DNA from: Candidatus Acidiferrales bacterium
Lineage (GTDB): Bacteria > Acidobacteriota > Terriglobia > Acidiferrales > UBA7541
NCBI GenBank assembly: GCA_050747045.1
Contig: JBOGNC010000001.1
Span: 1 to 60,729, forward strand
DNA length: 60,729 bases
Direction: 5' to 3'
Positions within the stretch are counted from its first letter, which is position 1. Every line of letters begins with the position of its first letter. The notes beneath the pieces were generated by a model that had not been told where the DNA came from, searched no databases, and saw only the letters and a program-made list of their open reading frames with translations. A program made the position numbers and the translations under genes. Positions 47,548 through 55,512 of this stretch are shown here, one piece after another.

Positions 47548-48079
47548 CGGTGATCTCCGGTGCCCGTCTCTCTTTACGATAGCTACGCACCGCGCGCAAG
47601 ATTTCCTCTTCGGAAACCTCGCCGATGTCCTTCGCTGCTTCGGTTAGCGATTCAAGAAATTCCTTTTTCCACCCTCGGCGCTTCCTGCCGCGTGGCAGGT
47701 CCCTGTAGAGAGTAGCCCTGCTCATTCCCTCTTCAACCTGCCCCTCTAACGCTCGAAAGGGCACTCCGAGCTTTAATGGTTCCTCGTCTGTCGTGAGCCG
47801 AAAACAGAAAACAACGTACGTCGGATTCTCTACCCTGAGCTTCTCTTCCGACGCGCTGAACGCGTCCATCAACTTCGAAAGCACGCTCGTGCGCGTTCCG
47901 AGCGACTCCTTCAGATAGAAGGCAACCTTCGCCGCCAGCAGCGTGCTCGGGTCGAAATAGTACGTTCCTTCTGACCTTTTCGGCTTCACAACGCCGAATT
48001 GGACGAGGTTTTGCAGTTCCTTCGGCTCAACCTGGAGGACGGCGCTCGCTTGCTTAAGCTTAAGCATTCGCTCGGTCAT
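47531..48079 (-). CDS. HTH (MerR/excisionase-like) protein, putative cognate antitoxin
   Basis: 182 aa with the N-terminus LKLKQASAVLQVEPKELQNLVQFGVVKP. It is genetically coupled to the PIN gene. Confidence 0.5.
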   Translation of the reverse strand: MTERMLKLKQASAVLQVEPKELQNLVQFGVVKPKRSEGTYYFDPSTLLAAKVAFYLKESLGTRTSVLSKLMDAFSASEEKLRVENPTYVVFCFRLTTDEEPLKLGVPFRALEGQVEEGMSRATLYRDLPRGRKRRGWKKEFLESLTEAAKDIGEVSEEEILRAVRSYRKERRAPEITVAAES

Positions 48080-48101
48080 GGTAGCTCCAATTACTATCTA
48101 A

Positions 48102-48138
48102 ATGTTAGACCATATTAGATTGTGCGTCAAGGACGCAC
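48102..48138 (-). promoter_or_regulatory. sigma70-like promoter with the -35 embedded in a 7-3-7 palindrome
   Basis: Minus-strand reading gives TTGACG (48125-48130), 17 nt, then TAACAT (48102-48107). The palindrome gtgcgtc-aag-gacgcac is at 48122-48138, 23 to 59 nt upstream of the HTH-PIN pair. Confidence 0.3.
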
Positions 48139-48161
48139 CATGCAAGCCACCCCCCTGGTAT

Positions 48162-49403
48162 TCAAAAGAGGAATCCTCCGCCGACTGACGATGCGCTACC
48201 TGGCACTACTGCGGTCGGACGGTTCGAAGGGCTGGCTTCACAAGCTTCTCCATTCGCCTGCCGTCCGTGGCGGTTATCGCTGTTGTCGGCTGGCATGCTC
48301 GGCTTCTCGTCCAGTTCATTTAGGAGGCTTCGCTCGAGCCCAGCTAGGTCCCCGGCTGATTGGCCGAGCAGCATCTTCGTCTTGGCTTCGTTGTAGCCAA
48401 GGCGGCGGGCCAGATCACAAATCCTGGCGAGTTGCTCCCCCGTCTCACTCGGGCCATTATCGGGTGCCGGGAACTCCGCGGCGATGTTTTCGCTGCTCGG
48501 ATAGAACTCGCCCGCAATCTCCTTGGCGCGGTCTCCATCTGGCTCATGTACGACATATTGAACTCCACGAGACAGCTCAATGGCCGGGCGGCCCTCGCTC
48601 AAGAGCCTCGCGGGTTCGGTCATATTTGCAACCAAAGTGCGCAGGTCCGTCGCTCCAATCTCCAGGCTGAGAATGTAAGCGACAGACGTGTGCCTGATTC
48701 CATCGTGGTCGGAATATGAGATTTTCTCCGGGCTGGCTTTCAGGATCGCTTTGATCCCGCTCAAGGTTCCGCCATTCAACCGCCTAATCTGCATCAAGCC
48801 ATTTGACAAATTCCGAATTGACCGGTAGCTGCTTGTGTGTAGCCGGCAGATGGCGCCAAAAGTCGGGAATTTCTCTAGGATAAAGTAGAGATCGCCTGAA
48901 GGTTTGCAATCACCGCGCTCCAGGTCCGGGCAACCATCGCCGCAGGGCTCAACCGACTGGCCCTTCTTTGGCCCGTCGACGTACTTGTAATTACCGGGCC
49001 AGGGCTCCCCCTCGGGGTGGTTTTGCGTTCGCCGACTCGCCTGCATTTCGAACCGAACGCCGTTGCCATTGGCGATCTGCACAAGCTCGCCGTGGCACTT
49101 GCACCCAGCGGGCACCCACCACGCGTATTCAGTTCGCAACACTTCGCGGGGATCATCATTGAGGAAGATGATTCCCAGTTCGGTCGGTTTCTCGCCATGT
49201 GCTTTCGATATGTCCGGCGCTGGCTCCCAAACGACGTCTTGTCCGCGAAGTGTTTTCCGCTTGAAAACGAAGTGGTCTAGGCGCCGCGGATGACTGTTTC
49301 CGTTGCCTGGCTCCGGCCCCTCACCGATGGCGACCTTGATTGTCACCGGAAGTTTTTCGAGGGCCGCCCCGCTCTCATCATGTGTTAATCCGAGAATGCC
49401 CAT
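48162..49403 (-). CDS. Cys-rich hypothetical protein
   Basis: 413-aa ORF with good coding appearance. Cys clusters occur at GCKCHGE and EPCGDGCPDLERGDCKP, followed by the conserved-looking stretch HTSSYRSIRNLSNGLMQIRRLNGGTLSGIKAILKA. No family recognised. Confidence 0.55.
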   Translation of the reverse strand: MGILGLTHDESGAALEKLPVTIKVAIGEGPEPGNGNSHPRRLDHFVFKRKTLRGQDVVWEPAPDISKAHGEKPTELGIIFLNDDPREVLRTEYAWWVPAGCKCHGELVQIANGNGVRFEMQASRRTQNHPEGEPWPGNYKYVDGPKKGQSVEPCGDGCPDLERGDCKPSGDLYFILEKFPTFGAICRLHTSSYRSIRNLSNGLMQIRRLNGGTLSGIKAILKASPEKISYSDHDGIRHTSVAYILSLEIGATDLRTLVANMTEPARLLSEGRPAIELSRGVQYVVHEPDGDRAKEIAGEFYPSSENIAAEFPAPDNGPSETGEQLARICDLARRLGYNEAKTKMLLGQSAGDLAGLERSLLNELDEKPSMPADNSDNRHGRQANGEACEASPSNRPTAVVPGSASSVGGGFLF

Positions 49404-49477
49404 TAGACTTCCACCTCCTGTTTTTGATCTGTTTGTCTTGAAAAACTGCTGGTTGATGTGGGAAACCCAAACCAGCT

Positions 49478-51811
49478 TCAGAACAGCGTGAGCTGGCCTG
49501 CGGGAATGCCTTCACGACGTGGAGTCTTGCGAGGAATTGGTTCAAACGGAGTAGCGAGAGCAGGCAACTGGCTGGCTGGCGCGACGGAGGACTCACTTTC
49601 AGCGAGTCCGAGATCTCGGACAAGCTCTGTGGCGGGTTCCGCCTCGGCCGATTTCACCGCGAAGACTTCTTCCTGTTTCTTCTGCAAGGCGCTCCACACG
49701 GCGTCGGCTCGTTCTCCGATTCCTTTCTCGGTCACGAGTTCCCGCGCCATGGCCATGAGAATGTCGTCATCGTCGTTGATGGACTGCAACCCTTCCGATG
49801 CGAACTTCCCCTCCATCGCCAGAGAAACAAGTAGTTTTCTGCCCATCAACCGAAGACATGTCTCTTGCATCGTTCCGGCGTAGTGCAGGAATTTCACCTT
49901 TACGGGAAGCCGCTGGCCGATTCTCCAGCTTCGCCGACTTGCCTGCCTAAGAACGTAAATCGAATATCCAGACTGATAGAAAAGAATCGTTGGGAACTCG
50001 ATCAGATCGAGGCCGGTTTGCACGAGTTTTGGGTGGCAAATGACGGCCTGCACACCGGCACGAACCTGGCGCTCGTACCATCCTTCCCTCGACTCCGGCG
50101 GCACTTCGGTCGTCAGAACCGCAACCCGAATCCCCTCATTTGCCAGAATGTGCTCTAGCCTTCGAGTCACATCCCGCTTCTGCGTGTACACCGCATAGAT
50201 TTGGCAGCGACGGCCGTGGGCGAGCTCTGCTTTCACTTCTTGTACCAGGCGGCACTCCTTGGCGTAGGCGAAGTCTTCGTGCAGGTCCTGTGTCTCGGCG
50301 ATCAGGAATCTCTCTCGTCGCTGGGTTTCCGGGTCGAATTCCCAGCCGTACAAATTCCCGAGATGAAATGGCCGGTCGGGATACAGCAGGAGGGCGTTCA
50401 GCGCAACGCTCATCACTGATTGGTTGCCGCGATGCTCTTTCAGCGCGGTCTTCACGTCCTCTTCAAGCTTCTTGTAGGCTTGCTTCAGAGGAGCATCCAT
50501 CTCTACGCTGAGGACTTCCTCGCGATAAGGCGGCAGCGCCGCTGAAATGTCTTCGAGAGAAATAAACGCCCCAAGGCTCATCAGGAAACGGCCAAAGAGC
50601 AGCGGCGACGCCCCCGGTCGCCTGCGAATGCGCTTTGTGACGCGCGCCTCCGAGCACGCATTGTCGGCTGGCTCAATTACGGTGACCTTTTCGAGCAGAC
50701 CGTACGTCTCGGTGAAGGCCCGTACTCCGGCCTCGCCATACTCAAATCCTTCTTTGACCATCTTTCCGGCTTCGAGGCGGTAGAGAATATTGAAGACCTC
50801 GTCGGCATAGCCACCTAGCAGCGTGCCCGTGAGTACCGCCGTGTGCTGCGCACAAGCAGCCAGCGTCCCGAGTGCATTCCCTTGGGCCGTATCTCCTTTG
50901 AGCTCGTGCACCTCATCGGCGATGGCGTAGTCGAAGAAGTCTGGCATGTACCGGCCGATAAAATCGATGGGAGCAAAACGCCGAGTCTTTTTCCCGTCCG
51001 CTTGCCACAACGCGCTGTACAACGCCCGCCGCAGTTTTGCGGACTCGTCACCGTTCGGTGCGCCTAGAATCTCGCTCAGCTTGGCCTTCTTGAAATCGGC
51101 TGACAGCAATCGCTCGCCATCCTCACCTAAGTAGATCGGACAGCCAGTGTCGGAATTAACGACGCTTCCTTGGTATCGCCCGCATCGGGCATGCCCGTAG
51201 GCATGTCGCCAGAAGTAGCTGAGCTTCCCGCGCTCGCGCCCCACAATGAACACAGCGGGGAATCCGCAGATGGAATCCCACCGCTGGCGGGCCGTGCGAG
51301 CCCCTCTCCGAAGTCGCAACTCGGTCAGAGTAGTGCGCAGCCCTTCCCGCACGATTCGGCCATGGCGCAATCTCACTTCGTTGACTCCCGCATGGCCTGC
51401 AGAACTCGTCGGGGTACGCAGTCCGTCGATGAAGAAAACGCGCACGCGAGGTAAGGTAAGAAATGTTTCTCGAGCCCACTTCTCGACCAACTGCGGTGGA
51501 ACCATGGCCAGGGCGGTAAAGGGCTTGCGGTCGCTGTGCACATGAACAGCGCCCAGCGAGATCAGCGTTTTCCCCGTTCCGCACTCCGCGATCACCGCTG
51601 CGCCGCGTGCCTGATTCCATCGCTTCACCACACCCATGATTGCGAGCGTCTGTGCGGGAAACGGCTTCCGGAGGAGTTGTTCGACCAGCGGTGACGGGGC
51701 ATCCTCAAAGCCGTGCAACGGGGGATAAGTTTGAAGAATTCGCTCACCGAGCTCGGGGGCCCACGCACGGAGATAGGAGGAGATCGAATCGATATCCTTC
51801 GGTAATGGCAT
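49478..51811 (-). CDS. SNF2-family helicase/translocase
   Basis: 777 aa with motif I AECGTGKT, motif II DEVHELKG and motif VI RQASRRSWRIGQ. There is a large (about 200 aa) insertion between motifs Ia and II. Confidence 0.85.
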   Translation of the reverse strand: MPLPKDIDSISSYLRAWAPELGERILQTYPPLHGFEDAPSPLVEQLLRKPFPAQTLAIMGVVKRWNQARGAAVIAECGTGKTLISLGAVHVHSDRKPFTALAMVPPQLVEKWARETFLTLPRVRVFFIDGLRTPTSSAGHAGVNEVRLRHGRIVREGLRTTLTELRLRRGARTARQRWDSICGFPAVFIVGRERGKLSYFWRHAYGHARCGRYQGSVVNSDTGCPIYLGEDGERLLSADFKKAKLSEILGAPNGDESAKLRRALYSALWQADGKKTRRFAPIDFIGRYMPDFFDYAIADEVHELKGDTAQGNALGTLAACAQHTAVLTGTLLGGYADEVFNILYRLEAGKMVKEGFEYGEAGVRAFTETYGLLEKVTVIEPADNACSEARVTKRIRRRPGASPLLFGRFLMSLGAFISLEDISAALPPYREEVLSVEMDAPLKQAYKKLEEDVKTALKEHRGNQSVMSVALNALLLYPDRPFHLGNLYGWEFDPETQRRERFLIAETQDLHEDFAYAKECRLVQEVKAELAHGRRCQIYAVYTQKRDVTRRLEHILANEGIRVAVLTTEVPPESREGWYERQVRAGVQAVICHPKLVQTGLDLIEFPTILFYQSGYSIYVLRQASRRSWRIGQRLPVKVKFLHYAGTMQETCLRLMGRKLLVSLAMEGKFASEGLQSINDDDDILMAMARELVTEKGIGERADAVWSALQKKQEEVFAVKSAEAEPATELVRDLGLAESESSVAPASQLPALATPFEPIPRKTPRREGIPAGQLTLF

Positions 51812-51868
51812 AGTCTTTTCCTCAGGGGGGTTTCAATCGACGCAGAAAAGTAACAGATAGAAAGAGTT

Positions 51869-52360
51869 TCAGGCTGTAGCAGGCGCGAGGGCCGATGCAA
51901 AAACGTCCTTCTGAATTTCGGCAGTGGTTACGTAGATATCGGTGTGCCGTACGAGCGCGGTGAACGCGACGCCGCTATCGCGGGCGATCATCTGGGAGCA
52001 CTCTACAGTTGCAATCTGGCTTTCCGGAACACGAAAATCCGGTGGCGCGGTCACTATCTCTCGCGTGTCAACTTCAAGGTTTTCCAGCATCTCCTCCAAC
52101 TCGACAGTGGACTCCTGAACTTCGCCCGGCGGGCTGGCTCGATTCAGCCAAGGGCTGAAATACTCCGGCGAAGAATCCCAGTAGTACGTCTCGTACGCCG
52201 AAGCATCGGTAGCCTTCTGTTCCCTCAGCACCGCAATTCGCCGTAGCGTGAGCTTCGCAAGTTCCGCGCTGATTTCAACGGCCGCATAATCGCAGCCGCC
52301 GCTGTAATCGGGGTTGCTGCTCCACACTTTCAGAATGACTCGCATCAGCGCCTCCTTCAT
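51869..52360 (-). CDS. hypothetical protein
   Basis: 163-aa ORF, 19 bp downstream of the preceding gene. No family recognised. Confidence 0.45.
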   Translation of the reverse strand: MKEALMRVILKVWSSNPDYSGGCDYAAVEISAELAKLTLRRIAVLREQKATDASAYETYYWDSSPEYFSPWLNRASPPGEVQESTVELEEMLENLEVDTREIVTAPPDFRVPESQIATVECSQMIARDSGVAFTALVRHTDIYVTTAEIQKDVFASALAPATA

Positions 52361-52379
52361 ACGGGACCGCCCAACCGCA

Positions 52380-53081
52380 TCAGGTCTTGTTCGCGGCTTC
52401 GCGTTGCTCCAAATTCAAGCCTTCCAAGAAAGTGCGTGGCGACTTCCAAGAGATCGATCCGTTCTCTCCTGGTATTCGGATGAGATGGTCTCTCAGGGCT
52501 CTGCCAATCCATTTCAGAAACGTCTGCTTATTTCCTTTGACTAGAACGGGCGAGCAGCCAAGCCCGAGCAACGGCGTAATCGCTTTTCGTTGATCGAGTT
52601 CACCCATGAACCACGGCGCCCACTCCGGTACGACCGGAAGACCGTATCGGGACGCGACACGATAGAGCACAAACGTCGGATCGGCGTCACACAGAATCGT
52701 GCGTGCGCCCTCTCGATCCGAGCCCGGTTTCGTCTTGGCTAATTCGGCGGACACCGCCACCAAGTGCCGGACTGGATGCTTTTTGCCCGGAACAACCACG
52801 CTCCCGCGAAAGCATTGGGCTTCGGGCCCTAGAGATGCAGCCATAGGAGCGCAGGCGGGAAGTCGAATCTGGAACAAAGCTACCTCGGTTACCGCCGCCC
52901 ACAGTGCCCCGATTTCCGAGTCGCCGCCGATCATCGAAATTAAATGAGCGTTGATGTGGCCTTGGTCGGCCTTTGTCGGTTCCAGAATGGCTCGGTCAAC
53001 GTACACCCGAACGCGGGTGGTTGTGTCCTTCGTACGCTTCGTGAATTCGAGCGTTCCGAAGCCCTGGTGTGCGTTCTGCAT
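52380..53081 (-). CDS. hypothetical protein
   Basis: 233-aa ORF with no family recognised. Confidence 0.5.
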   Translation of the reverse strand: MQNAHQGFGTLEFTKRTKDTTTRVRVYVDRAILEPTKADQGHINAHLISMIGGDSEIGALWAAVTEVALFQIRLPACAPMAASLGPEAQCFRGSVVVPGKKHPVRHLVAVSAELAKTKPGSDREGARTILCDADPTFVLYRVASRYGLPVVPEWAPWFMGELDQRKAITPLLGLGCSPVLVKGNKQTFLKWIGRALRDHLIRIPGENGSISWKSPRTFLEGLNLEQREAANKT

Positions 53082-53168
53082 GGTTATGATTCTCCTCGGT
53101 GTGACTCATCAAGCGGGTGGCATGAACTGTCGTGAACGAATGCAAGGGCTTGTCGGCGAGAGTATGGC

Positions 53169-53591
53169 TTACGTGAGGAGATGGGGTGCAACTAAACTAA
53201 GAAACTCGCGGGATGTGATGATCTTGGTCCTCTTCCAGTATCGTGGGAAGTGCCGTATGTTTCCCGTAATGAGATAATCCGCGCCGGCAACGTCCGCGCA
53301 CTCTACGAAAATATTGTCGTCCGGGTCGCGCGTGACCTCGAGATGCCGCACTGGAGCCACCGAACGGGCGTTCTTCTCGACAAGCTGCAACAATTGCTGC
53401 TGAAGGCCTTTGCGGATCTGAAATTCTGGCCGCGAAAGCACGGCCCGATATTCTGCGACGATTGGGGCTGAGACGTAGAGCCGGGCTGGTTTGGTGAGCG
53501 CAAGCAGGAGGACCGTGCGTTGTAGTCCTTCGGGCTTCAGGGCGGCAGAGACGACGATATTGGTATCCACGACGAGGCGAAGCGAAATCAT
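53169..53591 (-). CDS. vapC: PIN-domain toxin (TIGR00305-like)
   Basis: 140 aa with LVVDTNIVVSAAL, APIVAEYRAVL, DPDDNIFVECADVAGADYLITGN. 4-bp overlap with the antitoxin gene. Confidence 0.85.
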   Translation of the reverse strand: MISLRLVVDTNIVVSAALKPEGLQRTVLLLALTKPARLYVSAPIVAEYRAVLSRPEFQIRKGLQQQLLQLVEKNARSVAPVRHLEVTRDPDDNIFVECADVAGADYLITGNIRHFPRYWKRTKIITSREFLSLVAPHLLT

Positions 53592-53887
53592 TTGCGCTTC
53601 GTTCGCTTGGCCCGCGTGTCCTTGATGATTTTGTCGATCTGCTGCGAACTCAGCTTGTCCGTGCCCTTTGCCTCGGATTCCTCGCCAAGGACCCTCAGAA
53701 CCTCAGGTTCTGGAGCGGCAAGCCGTACGTAATCTCGGACGCTCAGCAACACCGCGCGCGGCGTGCCGCGCTTTTCGATCACGAGCGAGCGTCGCTCATC
53801 TTCCACGCGCTGTAGAAGATGGCCGAAATTCGTGCGGGCTCGCAGTGCGGAAACCACGATGCTATCGTTCTTCGCAGCTTTTGGCAT
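53588..53887 (-). CDS. Phd/YefM-type antitoxin
   Basis: ARTNFGHLLQRVEDERRSLVIEKRGTPRAVLLSVRDY is a typical Phd/YefM N-terminal domain. The ATG at 53887 is preceded by GGAGAG (the track start is a TTG at 53908). Confidence 0.75.
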   Translation of the reverse strand: MPKAAKNDSIVVSALRARTNFGHLLQRVEDERRSLVIEKRGTPRAVLLSVRDYVRLAAPEPEVLRVLGEESEAKGTDKLSSQQIDKIIKDTRAKRTKRK

Positions 53888-53970
53888 CAGATGAACTCTC
53901 CAGTTCAATTATACGAAGTGGACAGTTAGGTCCGCAAATGATTTTGCCCTCCGGCTGGCACTTGCTGCCG

Positions 53971-54387
53971 CTAAGTAGTTGATGCGCGAATCGCGCTGGT
54001 CGCCTTGGAATACACCGTCCAGTACTGCCGCGCATCATCCACTTCCGCGGGCTGGACAATACCGCCAGGTTCTACGCGCACAGCGGGGAAGTTGCTCTCA
54101 TGCAGGGCTTCGGAGTAATGCCATTCCTGGCCGTCTGAAACAATGAGGTGATCGCCATAAGCACCGGGACACGAGCCATTGCAGACCAAGAAAGGCACGC
54201 TCTTCAGCGCGGTCAGCTCGTCGTAATGTCCGCCGCTGGCTTCATCATCCACCATAACGATGGCAGCCAGGAGTTCATTTCCGTCGACTGACATAGCCCT
54301 TGATTCTTCGACTCTGTAACCCATCCTTTCAAAGGTATCTTTGTCTCGCTCAGCGCAAACGAGTGTTGAGTAACACCGATCACCCAT
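53971..54387 (-). CDS. hypothetical protein
   Basis: 138-aa ORF, 30 bp downstream of the methyltransferase gene. No family recognised. Confidence 0.45.
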   Translation of the reverse strand: MGDRCYSTLVCAERDKDTFERMGYRVEESRAMSVDGNELLAAIVMVDDEASGGHYDELTALKSVPFLVCNGSCPGAYGDHLIVSDGQEWHYSEALHESNFPAVRVEPGGIVQPAEVDDARQYWTVYSKATSAIRASTT

Positions 54388-54417
54388 GGTTTGTCTCCCC
54401 TCTTTGATGGTCCAGTT

Positions 54418-55455
54418 TTACTTCAAGGTGGTGATCTCCCCTGTGCAAAAGACCAGCGTCAGTTCGTTCGAGAACCGTTCTTTCTCTCGAATGACCGTCT
54501 TTCCGTCTTCTTCCTCTTCGGATTTGTCCACCAGCTTGACCGACTGCCAGTGCGCGATGTGGCGCGTCTCGCCTTCGCCGAAAATACCGTTGAGCATTCC
54601 GGCTGTGCAGAGCAACCCAACATGCCCGCCGTGCAAAGGCGTGAGCGGCCGACCGCTGACATCCGACTGAGGAGCGAAAAGAATGGCTGAGGCTTGACGG
54701 TAGGCGGAGGACCTTGGAAGAAGGTCTTCGATTTCGTCCAAGGGCAACCCCCGATAAACCATCCGCACTGCCTCTCCCGGGGGAACCGCATACACGGGGT
54801 CTGGCTCTGTGGGTAAGGGCGAGAGCCTCTCTGGGTCTGCCGCCAGAGACTCGAACCGCATTCGGGCGCGCGTGATTTCGGCATCTTGAACTCGATCCCT
54901 TTCGGCCCGCGTGCGTCGCCCTCCTATCACAATGACCTGCTTATATTTCACGCTCTCGGGTTCCGTGAACCGGTGGACGCGTACGTCGCGGAATTGATGC
55001 GCTAGGATCTGACTGCAATCGTGGAGGTACCGGCCAGGGATAACCATCACTAAGATCCCACTCCGCTTTAGCCAGCGATAAACATGATCGAGGAACAGCC
55101 GTTCCATGCGCTGCGATCTTTCCTCGCCGATCTCGAAGTCGTAAGGAGGGTTCAAATAGATCAGCGAGAACGATTCCACCGGGCACTGCACGTCAAAGCA
55201 GTTGCCGTGAATCACCTCGATATCCTTGTTCCGGGCCTGCTCGGCGCGGCCAGCGTCCAACTCAACGCCATAGCGCAAAACTCCTTTGTCAGAAGTGATT
55301 TGAGCGAACGCTCCACCATCGCCCACACAAGGATCGAGCGCGCAGCACTGTTGGTCCGGGAATGCCAAGAATCTCCGAATCCGCTCCGCCTCTGGCGGTG
55401 GCAACGGATAAAAGCCAAGACGTGTTCGACCGGCAAGACGCACGGCAACCTCCAA
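54418..55455 (-). CDS. N6-adenine DNA methyltransferase (NPPY type), orphan
   Basis: 345 aa with an AdoMet motif LDPCVGDG and the catalytic motif IYLNPPYDFE. No endonuclease partner recognised. The start codon is uncertain (TTG 55455 or GTG 12 nt downstream). Confidence 0.75.
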   Translation of the reverse strand: MEVAVRLAGRTRLGFYPLPPPEAERIRRFLAFPDQQCCALDPCVGDGGAFAQITSDKGVLRYGVELDAGRAEQARNKDIEVIHGNCFDVQCPVESFSLIYLNPPYDFEIGEERSQRMERLFLDHVYRWLKRSGILVMVIPGRYLHDCSQILAHQFRDVRVHRFTEPESVKYKQVIVIGGRRTRAERDRVQDAEITRARMRFESLAADPERLSPLPTEPDPVYAVPPGEAVRMVYRGLPLDEIEDLLPRSSAYRQASAILFAPQSDVSGRPLTPLHGGHVGLLCTAGMLNGIFGEGETRHIAHWQSVKLVDKSEEEEDGKTVIREKERFSNELTLVFCTGEITTLK

Positions 55456-55512
55456 GTACGGGAATTGTGGGGGAGGAGAAAAAGGAGCTATTCGACGAAA
55501 GATCCGTTGCGC

